Source: Scenedesmus sp. PABB004 (Eukaryota). From it: a DNA stretch of 64,000 bases. A program made the position numbers and the translations under genes. The notes beneath the pieces were generated by a model, which was not told the origin of the DNA, ran no database searches, and worked only from the letters and a program-made list of their open reading frames with translations. The stretch lies in contig JABVCE010000009.1 in NCBI GenBank assembly GCA_014905635.1, positions 186,001-250,000 on the forward strand. Reading direction: 5' to 3'. Of this stretch, positions 48,531 through 60,111 are shown in pieces. Each line of letters begins with the position of its first letter. Positions within the stretch are counted from its first letter, which is position 1.

Positions 48531-51122
48531 TCATCGGCCGTGCCGGCCGCCGCCCGCGGCCGCCGCGCCGGTGGAGCTGCTGAGTGCAATCGCCTCGCGC
48601 AGGGCGATGGCCCACTCGCAGCAGTCCTCCACGCTCGCCGCCTGCGCGCGCGGGCGGCGTGCGCCGGCGCGCGCACGGTGCGTCGGCGCGCGCCCGCCCG
48701 CGCCGCACGGCGCGCGCCACCGCGACCACGGCCCGCGCGCGGCGCCCGCACCTTGAGCGTGACCTTCCGGCCGCCGCGCCCGACCAGCCAGCCGCCGCTG
48801 CCGGCCTCGCACAGGTGGAAGACCGGCGCCGCGCCGGCCTCGAACGAGCAGCGGCACAGGTTCAGCGGCGGCTCCAGCGGCGACGCGTGGTCCATGCTGG
48901 CAAACCAGTGCAGGAAGCCCGCGCGCGTCAGCACAAAGTGCCGCTCCGCCCAGGCCGAGCCGCGGCAGTCCCAAAGCTCCATGGGCCCCTGCCGCACGAT
49001 CTCGGGGCTGCAGAACAGCTCCTGCCCCACCGCCGCCACCGCGTCGGCCTGCCGCGCCGCGAGCGCCTGGTTGGTCGCGCGCATGTCTGCGGCGCGCGGG
49101 CGCGGCGTCGGCGTCGGTGCACCGCGCGGCGGGCGACGGCGGGGCGGCGCGGCGCGCAGCAGCTCTGGCGCCGGGCCGGCGCCGCAGCACGCCGCACCCG
49201 CCGCGACTCGCGCCAGGTGCGACACGCTGGCGTCGCCCGCGCCCGCGAGGCCGCCGAGCACGCCACGCAGGCCCTCCGCGGCCGCCGGCAGCCCCGCAAT
49301 CGCGCCGACGTAGGCCGTGGCGAGCGCCTGGCCCGCGGCCTGCACCGCCGCAACGCGCTCGACCTCGAGCGCCTGCAGCGAGTCAAAGCCCCGCGCGAGC
49401 AGCTCGCGCTCGTGGTCCTGCGGGCGTGCGCGCGTGCGTGAGTGCGCGCGCGTGCGTGAGTGCGCGTGCGTGCGTGGCGGTGAGGGCGCCGGCTGCGGCG
49501 CGCGTGCGAGGGGCGGCGGCAGGCCCTCGCCTGCCACCGCTGCAGCGCCTGCTGCTCCGCCACCAGCTTTCCCTCGCTCGCCCAGGGGTCGCGCGCCGGC
49601 GCGGCGGAGAAGCGCGGCCGCAGCACGCCGCCGCCGCCGCCTGCGAGCTGCAGCGCGGCCGCCGCGACGCCGCCGGCGCCCGTCCAGGCCTCGCCGACCG
49701 CCTCCACGCTGCCGCCGCGGCGGTGCGGCGGCGCCGCGCCGCGCCCCGCCGCGCTCTGCCAGACGACGGCGTCGTCAAAGGCCTCGCAGGCCGCCTTGTG
49801 CTCACTGAACGACGCGGCCAGCTGCTTGAGGCTGCCGTCCACGGCGCGGTGGACCTGCGGAGCAGCGCGCGCGCGTGCGTGGCTGCGTGGCTGCGTGGTG
49901 GCGCCGCCACCAGCGCGGCGGGCGCGGCGGGCAGGCGGGACGGTGGGGCCCGCGCTCCGCCGCGCCCGGCCCGTCCGCCCCGCACACCGTGCCGATCGAC
50001 TGCTTGGCCTCCTTGGCAGCGGCGCTGTACTTGCGCCACAGCCCCCGCACGCCCTCCACCAGGCCCTGCGGCCGGCCACGCCCGGCGCCGCGGCGGGCGT
50101 CAGGCGGCGGCCCGGCGCACCGTTCGCCGCGGCACGCAGCGCCGCGCGCCGCGCCTGCAGCTCCACGTGCAGCTGCCGGTGCCCCGCCGCCGCCGCGGCA
50201 GGCAGGTCGACGAGCGCCGCCACGCCGCCGGCAAGGCCGCCGCTGTCGGCGGGCGCCGCGAGCGGGCCCGCCGCCGCCGCCTTGGCCGCCGCGGCCATCG
50301 CTCCGCTGTACGCCGCCTCGGCCTCCATCAGGCACGTCAGCAGCCGCAGCAGGCACTCCAGCGCCCTGCGGGGCGCGGCGGGCTCGGCGCTGGGCCGGCG
50401 GCCCGCGCAGCCGGCGCCCGCCGCGCATGCCCCCGTGCTGCCGCGGGCGGGGCGCAGCAGGCCCCGCTCGCCTGCGGCTGCTGTCCAGGCGCTCAATCAG
50501 AAGGTTGGCAAGCTCTCGATTGACCTTGCCCTCCTCCTCCACGCCCTCCGCCAGCGAGGCCAGGTGCGCCGCCTGGCGGTCAAGCTCCGCCGAGTGCCCC
50601 GAGCCTGCGGCGCGGCGGCGCGGCGGGCGCCAGCGCGTCAGCGGCGCGCCGCCGCAGCAGCCGCGGCCGGCCGCGCCGCGCCGCACCCTCGAGGCAGCTC
50701 CCGACGTCGTCGTCGCCGGCGGGCGCGGGCTGCACGGGCGTGCCGCCGCCGAGCTCGCGCCGCGCGGCCGCCGCGAGCGCGGCCTTGTTTCGCAGGAACG
50801 CGTCCATGCTGAAGCGAGAGTCCAAGATCGCCGGGCTCGCCTGCTGCAGCAGCGCGCCGAGGGCCTCCGGCCCGAGCTCCGGGTCGCCGGGCGCGCCGCC
50901 GCCGCTGCTGCCCGACGAGCCGCGCCGCCCCGCGGGCACGGCGACGGGGCTGCCCGCGGCGCGCGGCGTCGAGAGCGGCGACAGCTGCGCGTCGTCGCCG
51001 CCGTCGCTCGCCGCAGAGCAGGAGCCGCTGCCGCCGCCGTCGGCGCCGAGCGGCTCGGCGGCGAGCGGGTCGGCGGCGCCGCTGGTGTCCAGGCGCACCA
51101 GCGCCGCCGCGAGAGGGTCCAT
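48531..51122 (-). CDS. Coiled-coil/BAR-like plus C-terminal PH domain protein (Slm1-like); multi-exon
   Basis: Helical region with DPWASE motif; PH domain IVRQGPMELWD...WAERHFVLTRAGFLHWF...LNL...VTLK-AASVEDCCEWAIALREAI. Confidence 0.75.
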
Positions 51123-51761
51123 CGTCCCCCCCGCGCCTGCAGCAGGCGAGCCGCTGCTGCAGCTACCGCGCGCGGGCGTGGTCCCCGGGCTGCTGCTCCT
51201 GCCACCGCTCCCGCGCGGCCGTGATCGCCGGCCCGCGAGGGCGCTGCGGGCTGGGGGCGCAGCAAGCCGCCGCGCAGGGCGCTCGCTCAACAACGGTGCT
51301 GCTGCTGCAGCCGCCGCTGCATCGCCGGTGGGCGCACAGCGACCGCGGTCCGGCTTTGCGGGGCGGGGCAGGCGAATTCGTGGCACCGGGCACGCGCGTG
51401 CGCCGCGGCAGCTGCTTGCGGTTTGGGGCTGACGGCGACGGACGGGCGAGCTGGGGCAAAGGTGATTACCGCGCGCGCCAGCGCCCGGCGCAACCGTGCA
51501 TCCTGCAGACTCTCAACATGATGACGCCGGCAGCGGCAGCAGCCCGGCCCGCACGCACCGCCGCCCAGCGAGCGCCGGCGTCCCCGCCCGCGGAGGGCTA
51601 CTCATGGTCCCCGCCCGCACCCTCCCCCACGCCCGCCCGCCCGCCCGCCCGCCTGCCGCGCGCTCGGCTGCCGCTGCAGCCGGCGCCGGCGGCGCGCCCC
51701 GCTGGTTATTCCCCGCGCCGTCGCGGGCGGCCGGCCGGGCCCGGGCGCGGCGCCGCGCCGC

Positions 51762-53717
51762 TCACTCCAGCAGCTTCACCACGTCCTCCTGCTCGTTCAG
51801 CTGCGCCACCTCCAGCGCCGTCTTGTCGTCCGCGTTCTTGGCGCTGCGGTCCGCGCCGCTGCGGGGCGCACGGGGGCGGCCGCGGCGTCGGCGGCGGGCT
51901 CCCAGCCGCGCCGCGGCGCCGCGCCCCGCCCGCGCCGTGCGCACCTGTCCACCAGCAGCTTCACGCCCTCCGCCTGGCCGTAGCCCGCGGCGTAGTGCAG
52001 CGGCGTGTTCTTGTTGTTGTCGACCAGGTCCAGCGCGGCGCCCGCCGCAATGAGCGCCTGCGGCGGCGCGCGGGCGCCGTGAGCGCGCCGGGCTGCGCGT
52101 GCTGCGCCGGCGCCCCCTGCTGCGCGCGGGCGGGCGCGGGCGGGCGCGAGCGCGGGCGCGTGCCGCGCTGCCGCGCGCACAGCGCGCGCGGCGCACCTTG
52201 GCGCAGTCGAGCTCGCCGTAGCCGACGGCAAAGTGCAGCGCGGTGCGGCCCTCGTCGTCGACGTCGTCCACCGCCGCGCCGGCCTCGAGCAGCTGCGTCA
52301 GCAGCTCCACGTTGCCTGCGCGCGGGCGTCAGCATGAGGCGCGCCCGCGCGCGCCGGCGCCCGGCCGGGCACAGAGCGCGCAAGGGCGCGGGCCGGCCGC
52401 GCCGCGCGCCGCGCGCCCACCGTCGCTCGCGGCGCTGTGCAGGTTGGCCTCCTCCTCCTCCTCCTCCTCCTCCTCGCCCTCCGGCACGCCCTCGCCCTCG
52501 CCGAGCATGGCCTGCGCGCGCGCGGGGGCGGTGCGCGTGAGCGCGGCCGCGGCGGCCGCGCGGGCGCTGGCGGCGCTGCGCGCGCGCTCGCGACGCCGTC
52601 AGCGGGGCGGGCGGTCGTACGCGCCTGGAAGTCAAACACGCCGCCCATGGCGCCGCCGAGCTTCTTGAGGACCTCCGGGTCGTTCCAGTACCTGCCGTGG
52701 GTGCGCGGCGCGGCGTGCGGCGCTGGGCGCCGGGCGTTCGGCGCGCTGCCACCCGGCGCCGTGGCGCTGCCGTTCGCGGCGCGGCCGCTGCCGCGGCGCG
52801 GCGCGCGCCGCACTTCATCATCGCCGCGGGGCCGCCGCTCTCGAGCTCGGCGAAGATCGGCCCCATCTCGGGGTCGTCCTTCAGGTCCTTCAGCGCGCCC
52901 TCGATCTGATGGCGGCGCGCGGCGCGGCCGCGTCAGCAAGCGGCGGGCGGCGGCGAGCGCGCGGCGCGCGGCCGGGGCGCCCCGCGCGTGCCGTGCTGTG
53001 CGCGCTGCGCGCGCGCGCCTTGGCCTTGTACTCGGGGTCCTGCATGGTCGACATCATCTTCTGCATGTTGGGGTCGCTCTGCGCGGCCGCGCCACGCAGC
53101 AGCGGCGGCGGCGGGGGCGCGCGCGTCGGCGCGCGGCGCGCGGCGCGGCCGCCGGCGCGGCCGCCGCGGCGGCGGGGGCGGCGCCGGGGCGGCGGCGCCG
53201 GGGCGGCGCCGACAGCCGCGCCGCGCATGCATGCGGCGTGCGGCGGCGGCGCGCCTGGATGATGGCCTGGCCCAGCTTCTCGGCCATCTGCATGAACTGC
53301 GGGTTCTGGAACATGCCGCTCATCGCCTGCATGTACTTGGTGGGGTCGAAGTTGGCGGGGTCGATGGCGGGCATGCCCGGCGGCATCCCGGGCATGCCGC
53401 CCCCGGCACCAGCAGCACCGGGGGGCATCCCAGGCAGGCCGCCCGCGCCCATCATGCTGCTCATGCTCTCTTGCAACTGCGCCGTGAGGCCCTGGAAGCT
53501 GGGGTCGCTCGCAATCTGCTCCGCCATCTGCTTGATCGACGGATCCTGCGCGGGCGGCGCGGCGGGCGCATCCACCCATCGCCCGCGTCAGGCCGCGCTT
53601 GCGCCGGCGCCAACGGGCCCGCGCCGGCGCCAATTGCGCACGCCGCACGTTGAGGGCGCTCTGCAGGGCGCTGAAGTCGAAGGGCGCCCCATTGCCGCCC
53701 GGCATGCCCGGCATCAT
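51762..53717 (-). CDS. AKR2: AKR2-like ankyrin-repeat membrane-protein chaperone (STI1-like DP motifs plus ankyrins); multi-exon
   Basis: [101 protein letters not shown]. Confidence 0.93.
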
Positions 53718-54489
53718 CTTGGCTGAGGCGCTGCGCGCGAGCCCGAGGGTGTGAGGCGTCCGGGTGGCTCGCGAAGCGCGGAGGAGCGCGGCGGGGGTGT
53801 GGGCGGCGCGGCGGCGGCGGCGGCGGGTGCGGTCGCTCGAGCCCGCCGCGCCGCAAAGCCCTGCCGCGTCGCGCGATCGGCGCGAGCGCCCGGCTGCCAG
53901 CTCCACTCAGGTGACAGCCCCTCGGGCGACCGCGCAGCGGGTCGCGTCGGTGCGCTGCCGGCCGCGCGCGCGCGCGGCGGCGGCGCTCGCGCGGCGCGCC
54001 AGGGCCCGGCGTGGCCGGGCCCGGGCGTGCAGGGCGGGGCCTCCTGCCGCGGTGGCGGGCCCGGCAGGCCACACGGCCGTCGCAACGGCGCACGCTGATC
54101 AAGTCCGGCGGCGTGGGGTCGGTCACCGGTACGTGACTGCTGCGCCGCCGTGCCGGCGCGACTCCCCGCCCCCCGCCGCGCCGCCCACACGCTCGCCTTC
54201 CACCGGTCCTGCCTCCGCGCCGTCGCCCCTGCTTCCTCCCTCCCAAAAAGGTGGGCGCACGCCTGCGACCGGCCGCGGCGCCGATCCAGCGCGGGCGGCG
54301 CGCGGCCTGGCCGCGCGCTCCCGCGCGCCCACGAGGCCGAGCGGCCGGCGTGGCGGCCGGCGCGGCCGGATCGGGCCCGCAGGCGCCGCTGGCGGCCGTT
54401 TGGACATGCGCAGCCCTCTCCGCTGCCTCCAACCCTCCGCTGCCTCTCACACGCCGCATTCGCCCGTTCCCGCTCGGCAGGTCGCGGTC

Positions 54490-55914
54490 ATGGCCTCTCT
54501 CGCCCTCGTTGCGGCGCTCCTGGCCGCCCTCGCGCTCTGCGCGACCGCGGCGCCCGAGCTCAGGTGCGCACCTTGGGGCGCACGGCGCGGGCTTGTGCTC
54601 TCCGGCGCAATCGCACCGCGCGCCTCCACACGCGCGGCCGCGCCGCGAGCGCCGCCGCGCAAGCAGCATCTTTGCGGGGGTGACGCCGCCGCGCGCGCGG
54701 GTGACGTGCGCACCCAGAGGCTTCCTGCGCCGTGTGCCGCGCGCCGGGCCTGCGCCCTGACGCCCAGCCGGGCTGCACCGGGCCGTGGCCGCGCCGCCGC
54801 GCGCCGGCGCACTCCTGGCCGCTGCGCCCACACCTCCCGGGGCCGCCCGCGTGCGCCGCAGGGGCCGTGAGCTGCTCGGCGACAAGCCCAGCGTGTCCAT
54901 TTCCGTGACCAAGGGCGGTGCGTGGGGCTGGGGAGGGGCGCGTGCTGGCGCACGTGCAGGCCCAGGCGCGCCCGCGCCAGCGCTGGTCGACGAGACCCGC
55001 CCCGCCCTGCGCCGCCCGCCGCAGACGCCGGCGCCGCCGCCGCGGCCGCCAAGCCCGCCGACGCCGCGCCCGCCGGCAAGCCGGGGCTGGTGATCCCCGA
55101 GCAGAAGTTCAGCTACTCCTGGAGCACGAACGACCAGCTCAAGGCCAAGACCTGGACCTGGGATGCGACCACCGGCTGGGTGGCCTCCTCGAAGAAGATG
55201 TCTGGCCGCAAGATGCTCGGCGACAAGCCCAGCCTGTCCATCACTGTGACCAAGGGCGGTGCGTGGGGGCTGCTGCGGGGGCGCGCTGTCCGCGCATGGC
55301 CCGCCCACGCCATCGCGGCGTGTCGCCGAGACCCGCCCCGCCCGGCGCCCGTCCGCCGCAGACGCCGGCGCCGCCGCCGCCGCCGCCGCGCCCGCGGCCG
55401 ACGCCAAGCCCGCCGACGCCAAGCCCGCGGCGGCCCCCTCCTTCAGCTCTGTCTCCTCTTGGAGCACGAACGACAAGCTCAAGGCCAAGACCTGGACCTG
55501 GGACGCGACCACCGGCTGGGTGGCCTCCTCGAAGAAGATGTCCGGCCGCAAGATGCTCGGCGACAAGCCCAGCGTGTCCGTTTCCGTGACCAAGGGCGGT
55601 GCGTGGGGCTGGGGGACGGGCGCGCTGCTGGCGCATGCGCAGGCCCATGCGCGCCCGCGCCAGCGCTGGGGCGCTCAGACCCGCCCCGCCCTGCGCCGCC
55701 CGGCGCAGACGCCGGCGCCGCCGCCGCCGCCAAGCCTGCCGACGCCGCGCCCGCGGACGCCAAGCCCGCCGCGAAGCCGGGGCTGAACATCCCTGAGCAG
55801 AAGATCAGCTACTCGTCCAGCTCGAACGACAAGCTCAAGGCCAGGACCTGGACCTGGGACGCGACCACCGGCTGGGTGACGACCGAGAAGAAGATGTCTG
55901 GCCGCAAGCTGTGA
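54490..55914 (+). CDS. Secreted tandem-repeat precursor protein, 268 aa, 5 exons (54490-54563, 54862-54917, 55025-55258, 55362-55598, 55709-55914)
   Basis: All four introns GT-AG and in frame; signal peptide MASLALVAALLAALALCATAA; three modules GDKPS...TWTWDATTGWV...KKMSGRK(M)L. Confidence 0.85.
54870..55914 (+). repeat. ~340-bp exon+intron tandem triplication
   Basis: Donor context gtgaccaagggcg|gtgcgtgggg recurs with intron starts at 54918, 55259, 55599. Confidence 0.92.
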
Positions 55915-56311
55915 GCTGCCACCGAGTGTTCAACATGCCCGCGGCACACAAGCACGCGCGCCGCAGCTTTTGGGGCGGCCCCTGGCTGGGCTGGGCGCTA
56001 TTTCATTGTGCTGGCGGCCCTGTGGCTGCTGAACGCAGCAGACGACGACGACCCCCTGCCGGCGAGCGGGCGGACGGCCCCTCGGTGACCGTGACCCGAC
56101 ACCTTGACCCCCGACGACCGCGCAGCATGCAAGCACTGCCGGGCGGCGGCCGCCTGCGCGGCGCGCACCAGTACTGCGCGCGCTCGTGCGCGCGCGCTCG
56201 CTGCTGCTCCTACGATATGCCGTGTGACAGCGCCCACGGTTACTTGCGTGTAACAGGGTTGCTCACCCACAGCCCGCGCGCGCCCGCGCCGGGCGCTCGC
56301 GTCCGCCGCCG

Positions 56312-57420
56312 CTACGCCTGCTTTGCCTCGGCCAGCTCGTCCGCGAGCTGCCCCAGCTCGCCCGCTTTGTGCATCTCCATGAGGATGTCGGAGCCGCCGA
56401 TGAACTCGCCCTTCACAAACACCTGCGGGGGCGCGGGCATCGGGCGTGCGCGGCTGGGCGGCGCGCGCGCGCACGCGGCGGCGGCCGGGCGCGGCGGCCC
56501 AGCCCGGCGCGGCGGCGGGGCGCGCGGGCGCGCCTGGGGGATGGTCGGCCAGCCCGTGAACTTCTTGACGCCCTCGCGCACCGCCGGGTCGGCCAGCACG
56601 TTGCGGCTGCCGTACTTGAAGTCTGGCGGGCGTGGCAGCAGCGCCGCGTCCGCGGCAGCGGCGTGGGCGCGTGCGCCGCCGCCGCCGCCCGCCCGCCGGC
56701 CGGCCAGCCCCCGCCCCAGCGCGCCGCTGTCTCTGCCTGCCGCCCCCGGTCCCTGCGCCGCGCGGCGGCGCTCGCTCACTGTACGCGTCCAGGATCTGGC
56801 AGGCCATGCTGCTGAACCCGCACTGCGGCTGCTCGGGCGTGCCCTGCGCGGCGCAGCGGCGGCGGCTCAGCGGCGCGCGCGGGCGCGGGCGCGGGCGCCC
56901 CTCCCCGCCCGCCGCTCCCCGCCGCCCGCCGCCGCGGCGCGTCCGGCGCTGGCGGCGGGCGGCAACCGCCCGGGCGCCGCCCGCGCCGCCGCCGCCGCCG
57001 CCGCCGCAGCAGCAGCAGCGGCCGGCGTGCGCCGCGCGGGCAGAGCCTTGGCGAGGCGCGCGCCTTCATGTAGATGAAGACCTGGTTGTCCGCCACGTCG
57101 GCCTTGATCTGCGCCTCCACATCGCCCACGGGCTCGGCCTTGTAGCGGGGCTTGAAGTCGTCGTGGCTCTCGTCGCCCGGCACGACCGCGAGTCCGCGGC
57201 GCGGCGCTGCTGCCGCGCCGCGCGCCGCCGCGAGCGCGGCCGGCGCGAGCGCCGCTGGGGAGGGCGGCGGCGGCGGCGGCGCGGGGGTGAGGGCGGCAGC
57301 AGCAACGGGGGGGGGGGAGGGGCGGCCCGCCGCGCGTGCGGCGGCGGCGAGCGTGCGGTGAGCTGCGCACGCACCGGCGGAGCGGCCACCGCGCGCGCCG
57401 AGCGCCAGCAGCAGGGCCAT
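56312..57420 (-). CDS. GRXS15: Monothiol CGFS glutaredoxin, mitochondrial GrxS15/Grx5 type; 4 exons
   Basis: ESHDDFKP...NQVFIYMK-GTPEQPQCGFSSMA...[37 protein letters not shown]. Confidence 0.95.
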
Positions 57421-57796
57421 GGTTCGGGAGCAGGGGCGCGGTCCCCGGGGCGGTGGGGGCGGGCCTCAAGGGGCAGCAGCGGCGGCGCAGCAGCAGCAGG
57501 TGCACGCGGGGTCTGCACGCAGGCAGGGAGCGCCCGGCTGAGCGGCGTCGGCAGCGGAAGGCGGTGCGGGCGGCGGGCAAGGGCGCGGGCAGAGCGCGCA
57601 GGCACCGGGGCAGCGCGGCGGGCGGGGCAGCAACAGGACCGCGCTGAGCTCAAGGGCGTGCCGGTTGCTCCCGCAGGCGCTCTCTGACAGTGACGCACTA
57701 CCGCACCACGCCCTGCGTCTCCGCAGCAGGCGCAGCGCCTCGCGCCGGCCGACGCGACCGCCGCTGCTGCCCGCGCCGCGCCGCGCTCGGCCAGCC

Positions 57797-58775
57797 ATGC
57801 TGCCGGCGGCGCTGCTGCCGGCGGCGCTGCTGGCCCGGGCGGCGCCCCTGGCCCTGGCAGCCGCGCAGCGGGCCTTTGCCGCCTCCGCGCCCGGTCGCGC
57901 CGCCGCCAGCCGCTCGCGCAGCCGCGCGCGCCCCGCCGACGCCGGCGCCGGCAGCGGCGGCGCGGCGCCGACAGCAGCGGCGGCAGAGCCAGCAGGCGGC
58001 GCCGCGCCGCGGTCGGGCGGCCGCCGCAGCAGCAGCGCCGCCGGGCGCAGCTCGGCGGCGGCAACCGCTGCCGTGGCGCAGCCCGCGGCGCAGCCCGCGG
58101 GCGAGGGCGCGGCGCGGCTGGCGTCGCTGAACGAGGCGATGCAACGGCTCAACAAGAAGTTGGGCAGCGGGACGGTGATGCGGCTCGGCCAGCACCCCGC
58201 CGGCGCGGCGCTGGAGTGGTGCGCGCGGCGCGGCGCGCCGCCCGGCCCTCCGCGCCCGCCCCGGCGCGCGCCCGACGGCCGCCGCCGCCTGCGTGCCGCC
58301 GCAGCATCTCGTCCGGCTGCAGCACGCTCGACATCGCGCTCGGCGGCGGCTGGCCGCGCGGGCGCATCGTGGAGGTCTTTGGCCCTGAGAGCAGCGGCAA
58401 GAGCTCGCTGGCGCTGCACGCGATCGCGGGTGGGCGCGGCAGCGCGCATGGCGCGCGCGGCGCGGCGCGGCGCGCGGGGCGCCGCCTGCCGACGCCCCCC
58501 GCCGGCCGGCGCCCGCCGGGGCCGGCGCGCAGAGGCGCAGAAGGCGGGCGGGCAGGCGGTGCTGGTGGATGCTGAGCACGCGTTCAACCGAGACTTTGCG
58601 CGCAAACTGGGCGTCCACGTCGACGTGAGCCGCGCTGGCCGACCGACGGGCGCGGGCGGCGGGCGGCCGCGCCGGCGGAGGGACCGGCCCGCGCCCGCGC
58701 CGCCGAGCCGCCCGCGCGCGCGCAGGACCTGGTCGTGTGCCAGCCGTCGTGCGGCGAGGAGGCGCTCGAGGTGCG

Positions 58776-58815
<40 letters not shown>

Positions 58816-59949
58816 GCGGCTGCGCGTGGGGCGGGGGGCGCGTGCTGCGCGCGCGGCGGCCCGGCCGCGCCCCTCGCCGCCCGCCCGCGCGCCCGGGCGT
58901 GACCGGGCGCGCGCCGCGCCGCGGGCAGGTCGTGGACACGCTGCTGCGCAGCAGGGCCGTCGCGCTCATCGCCGTGGACAGCGTCGCAGCGCTCGTGCCG
59001 CGCGCGGAGCAGGAGGGCGACATGGGCATGGCCCAGGTTGCGGGCCAGGCGCGCATGATGAGCCAAGGACTGCGAAAGTTGGCCGGCACGGCAGCCAAGA
59101 CCAACACCTGCCTCCTCTTCGTCAACCAGCTGCGCCACAAGGTGCCGGCGCCGCCCCCAGGGGGCGCGGCGCGGCGCCGCGCGCGTCCGCGTGCCGAGAC
59201 CACGAGCGCCGCGCTGAGCGCTGAGCGCCTGAGCGCCGCCGCCGCCGCCGCGCCTCGCCAGGTTGGTGTTTTATTCGGCAATCCCGAGACGACGAGCGGC
59301 GGCAATGCACTCAAATACTACGCCAGGTGTGCGCCCCCGCGCCGCGCCGCGCCGCGCTGCCCCGCGCCGCCCCCTGGCGCCGCGCCGTGCCCCGGCCCCC
59401 CACGGCCCGGCTCGCCGCCGCGCCGCCGCGCGCGACCGCGCAGCGTGCGCGTGGACGTGCGCGTGCGCGAGCGCGTCAAGGGGCCGGACAAGGCGGAGGT
59501 GGGCGTGCGGGTGAGGGCCAAGGTGGTGAAGAACAAGGTCGCGCCGCCGTACCGGTGCGTGCGCGCGGAACAAACGCGCGAGCCACGCGCGGCCGTCGCG
59601 CGAGGAGCGCCGGGCTCGCCACCGCGCGCTCGCGCACCCAAACCTTCCCCCCAGGTCTGCGGAGTTTACGATCAACTTTCAGCGCGGCATCGACGGCGCG
59701 GCCACGCTGCTCGAGGCGGGCGAGCTGCTGGGTTTTGTGGACTCCAAAGGCTCCCACTTCTACCTGGACGGCGCCAAGCTTGGCCACGGCCGCGACGCCG
59801 CCGCCGCGGCGCTCGAGCGCGACGCGCCGGCGCGGGAGCGCCTCGCGGCGGCCGTGCAGGCCGCGCTGCGTGACCCGGCGGCGCTGGAGCGCGCGCTCGC
59901 GGCGCATAGCGACGACGAGGCGGACGCGGAGCAGCACGCGGGCGACTGA
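57797..59949 (+). CDS. recA: Organellar RecA recombinase; multi-exon
   Basis: [97 protein letters not shown]. Confidence 0.97.
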
Positions 59950-60111
59950 GCGGCCGCGGCGCGCGCGCTGTGCCCTGCGCCCTGTGCCCAGGGGCGGCGG
60001 CGGCTTTTGTTGAAAGCTCCCACGAGCGACCCGTGCCATCGACCAGCCCCCCTCCGCTCGCGCCCAGCCGCCGCCTCCTGCGAGCGCCGCACGCGCCGGC
60101 GGCGGAGCCCG

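Noticed and set aside
54870..55914. Regularly spaced repeats as a CRISPR array or transposon
   Set aside because: Units are ~340-bp exon+intron copies with an intact spliced frame; no cas genes, terminal repeats or transposase.
4866..55914. Receptor kinase and secreted peptide precursor as a ligand-receptor pair
   Set aside because: About 45 kb apart, and nothing in the sequence links them.
28200..57420. BolA and GrxS15 (known partners) and other mitochondrial genes as a functional cluster
   Set aside because: About 28 kb apart with unrelated genes between; chance cannot be excluded without synteny data.
57797..59949. RecA, L17 and ABM as bacterial contamination or recent HGT
   Set aside because: All carry host-style spliceosomal introns and host-like composition.
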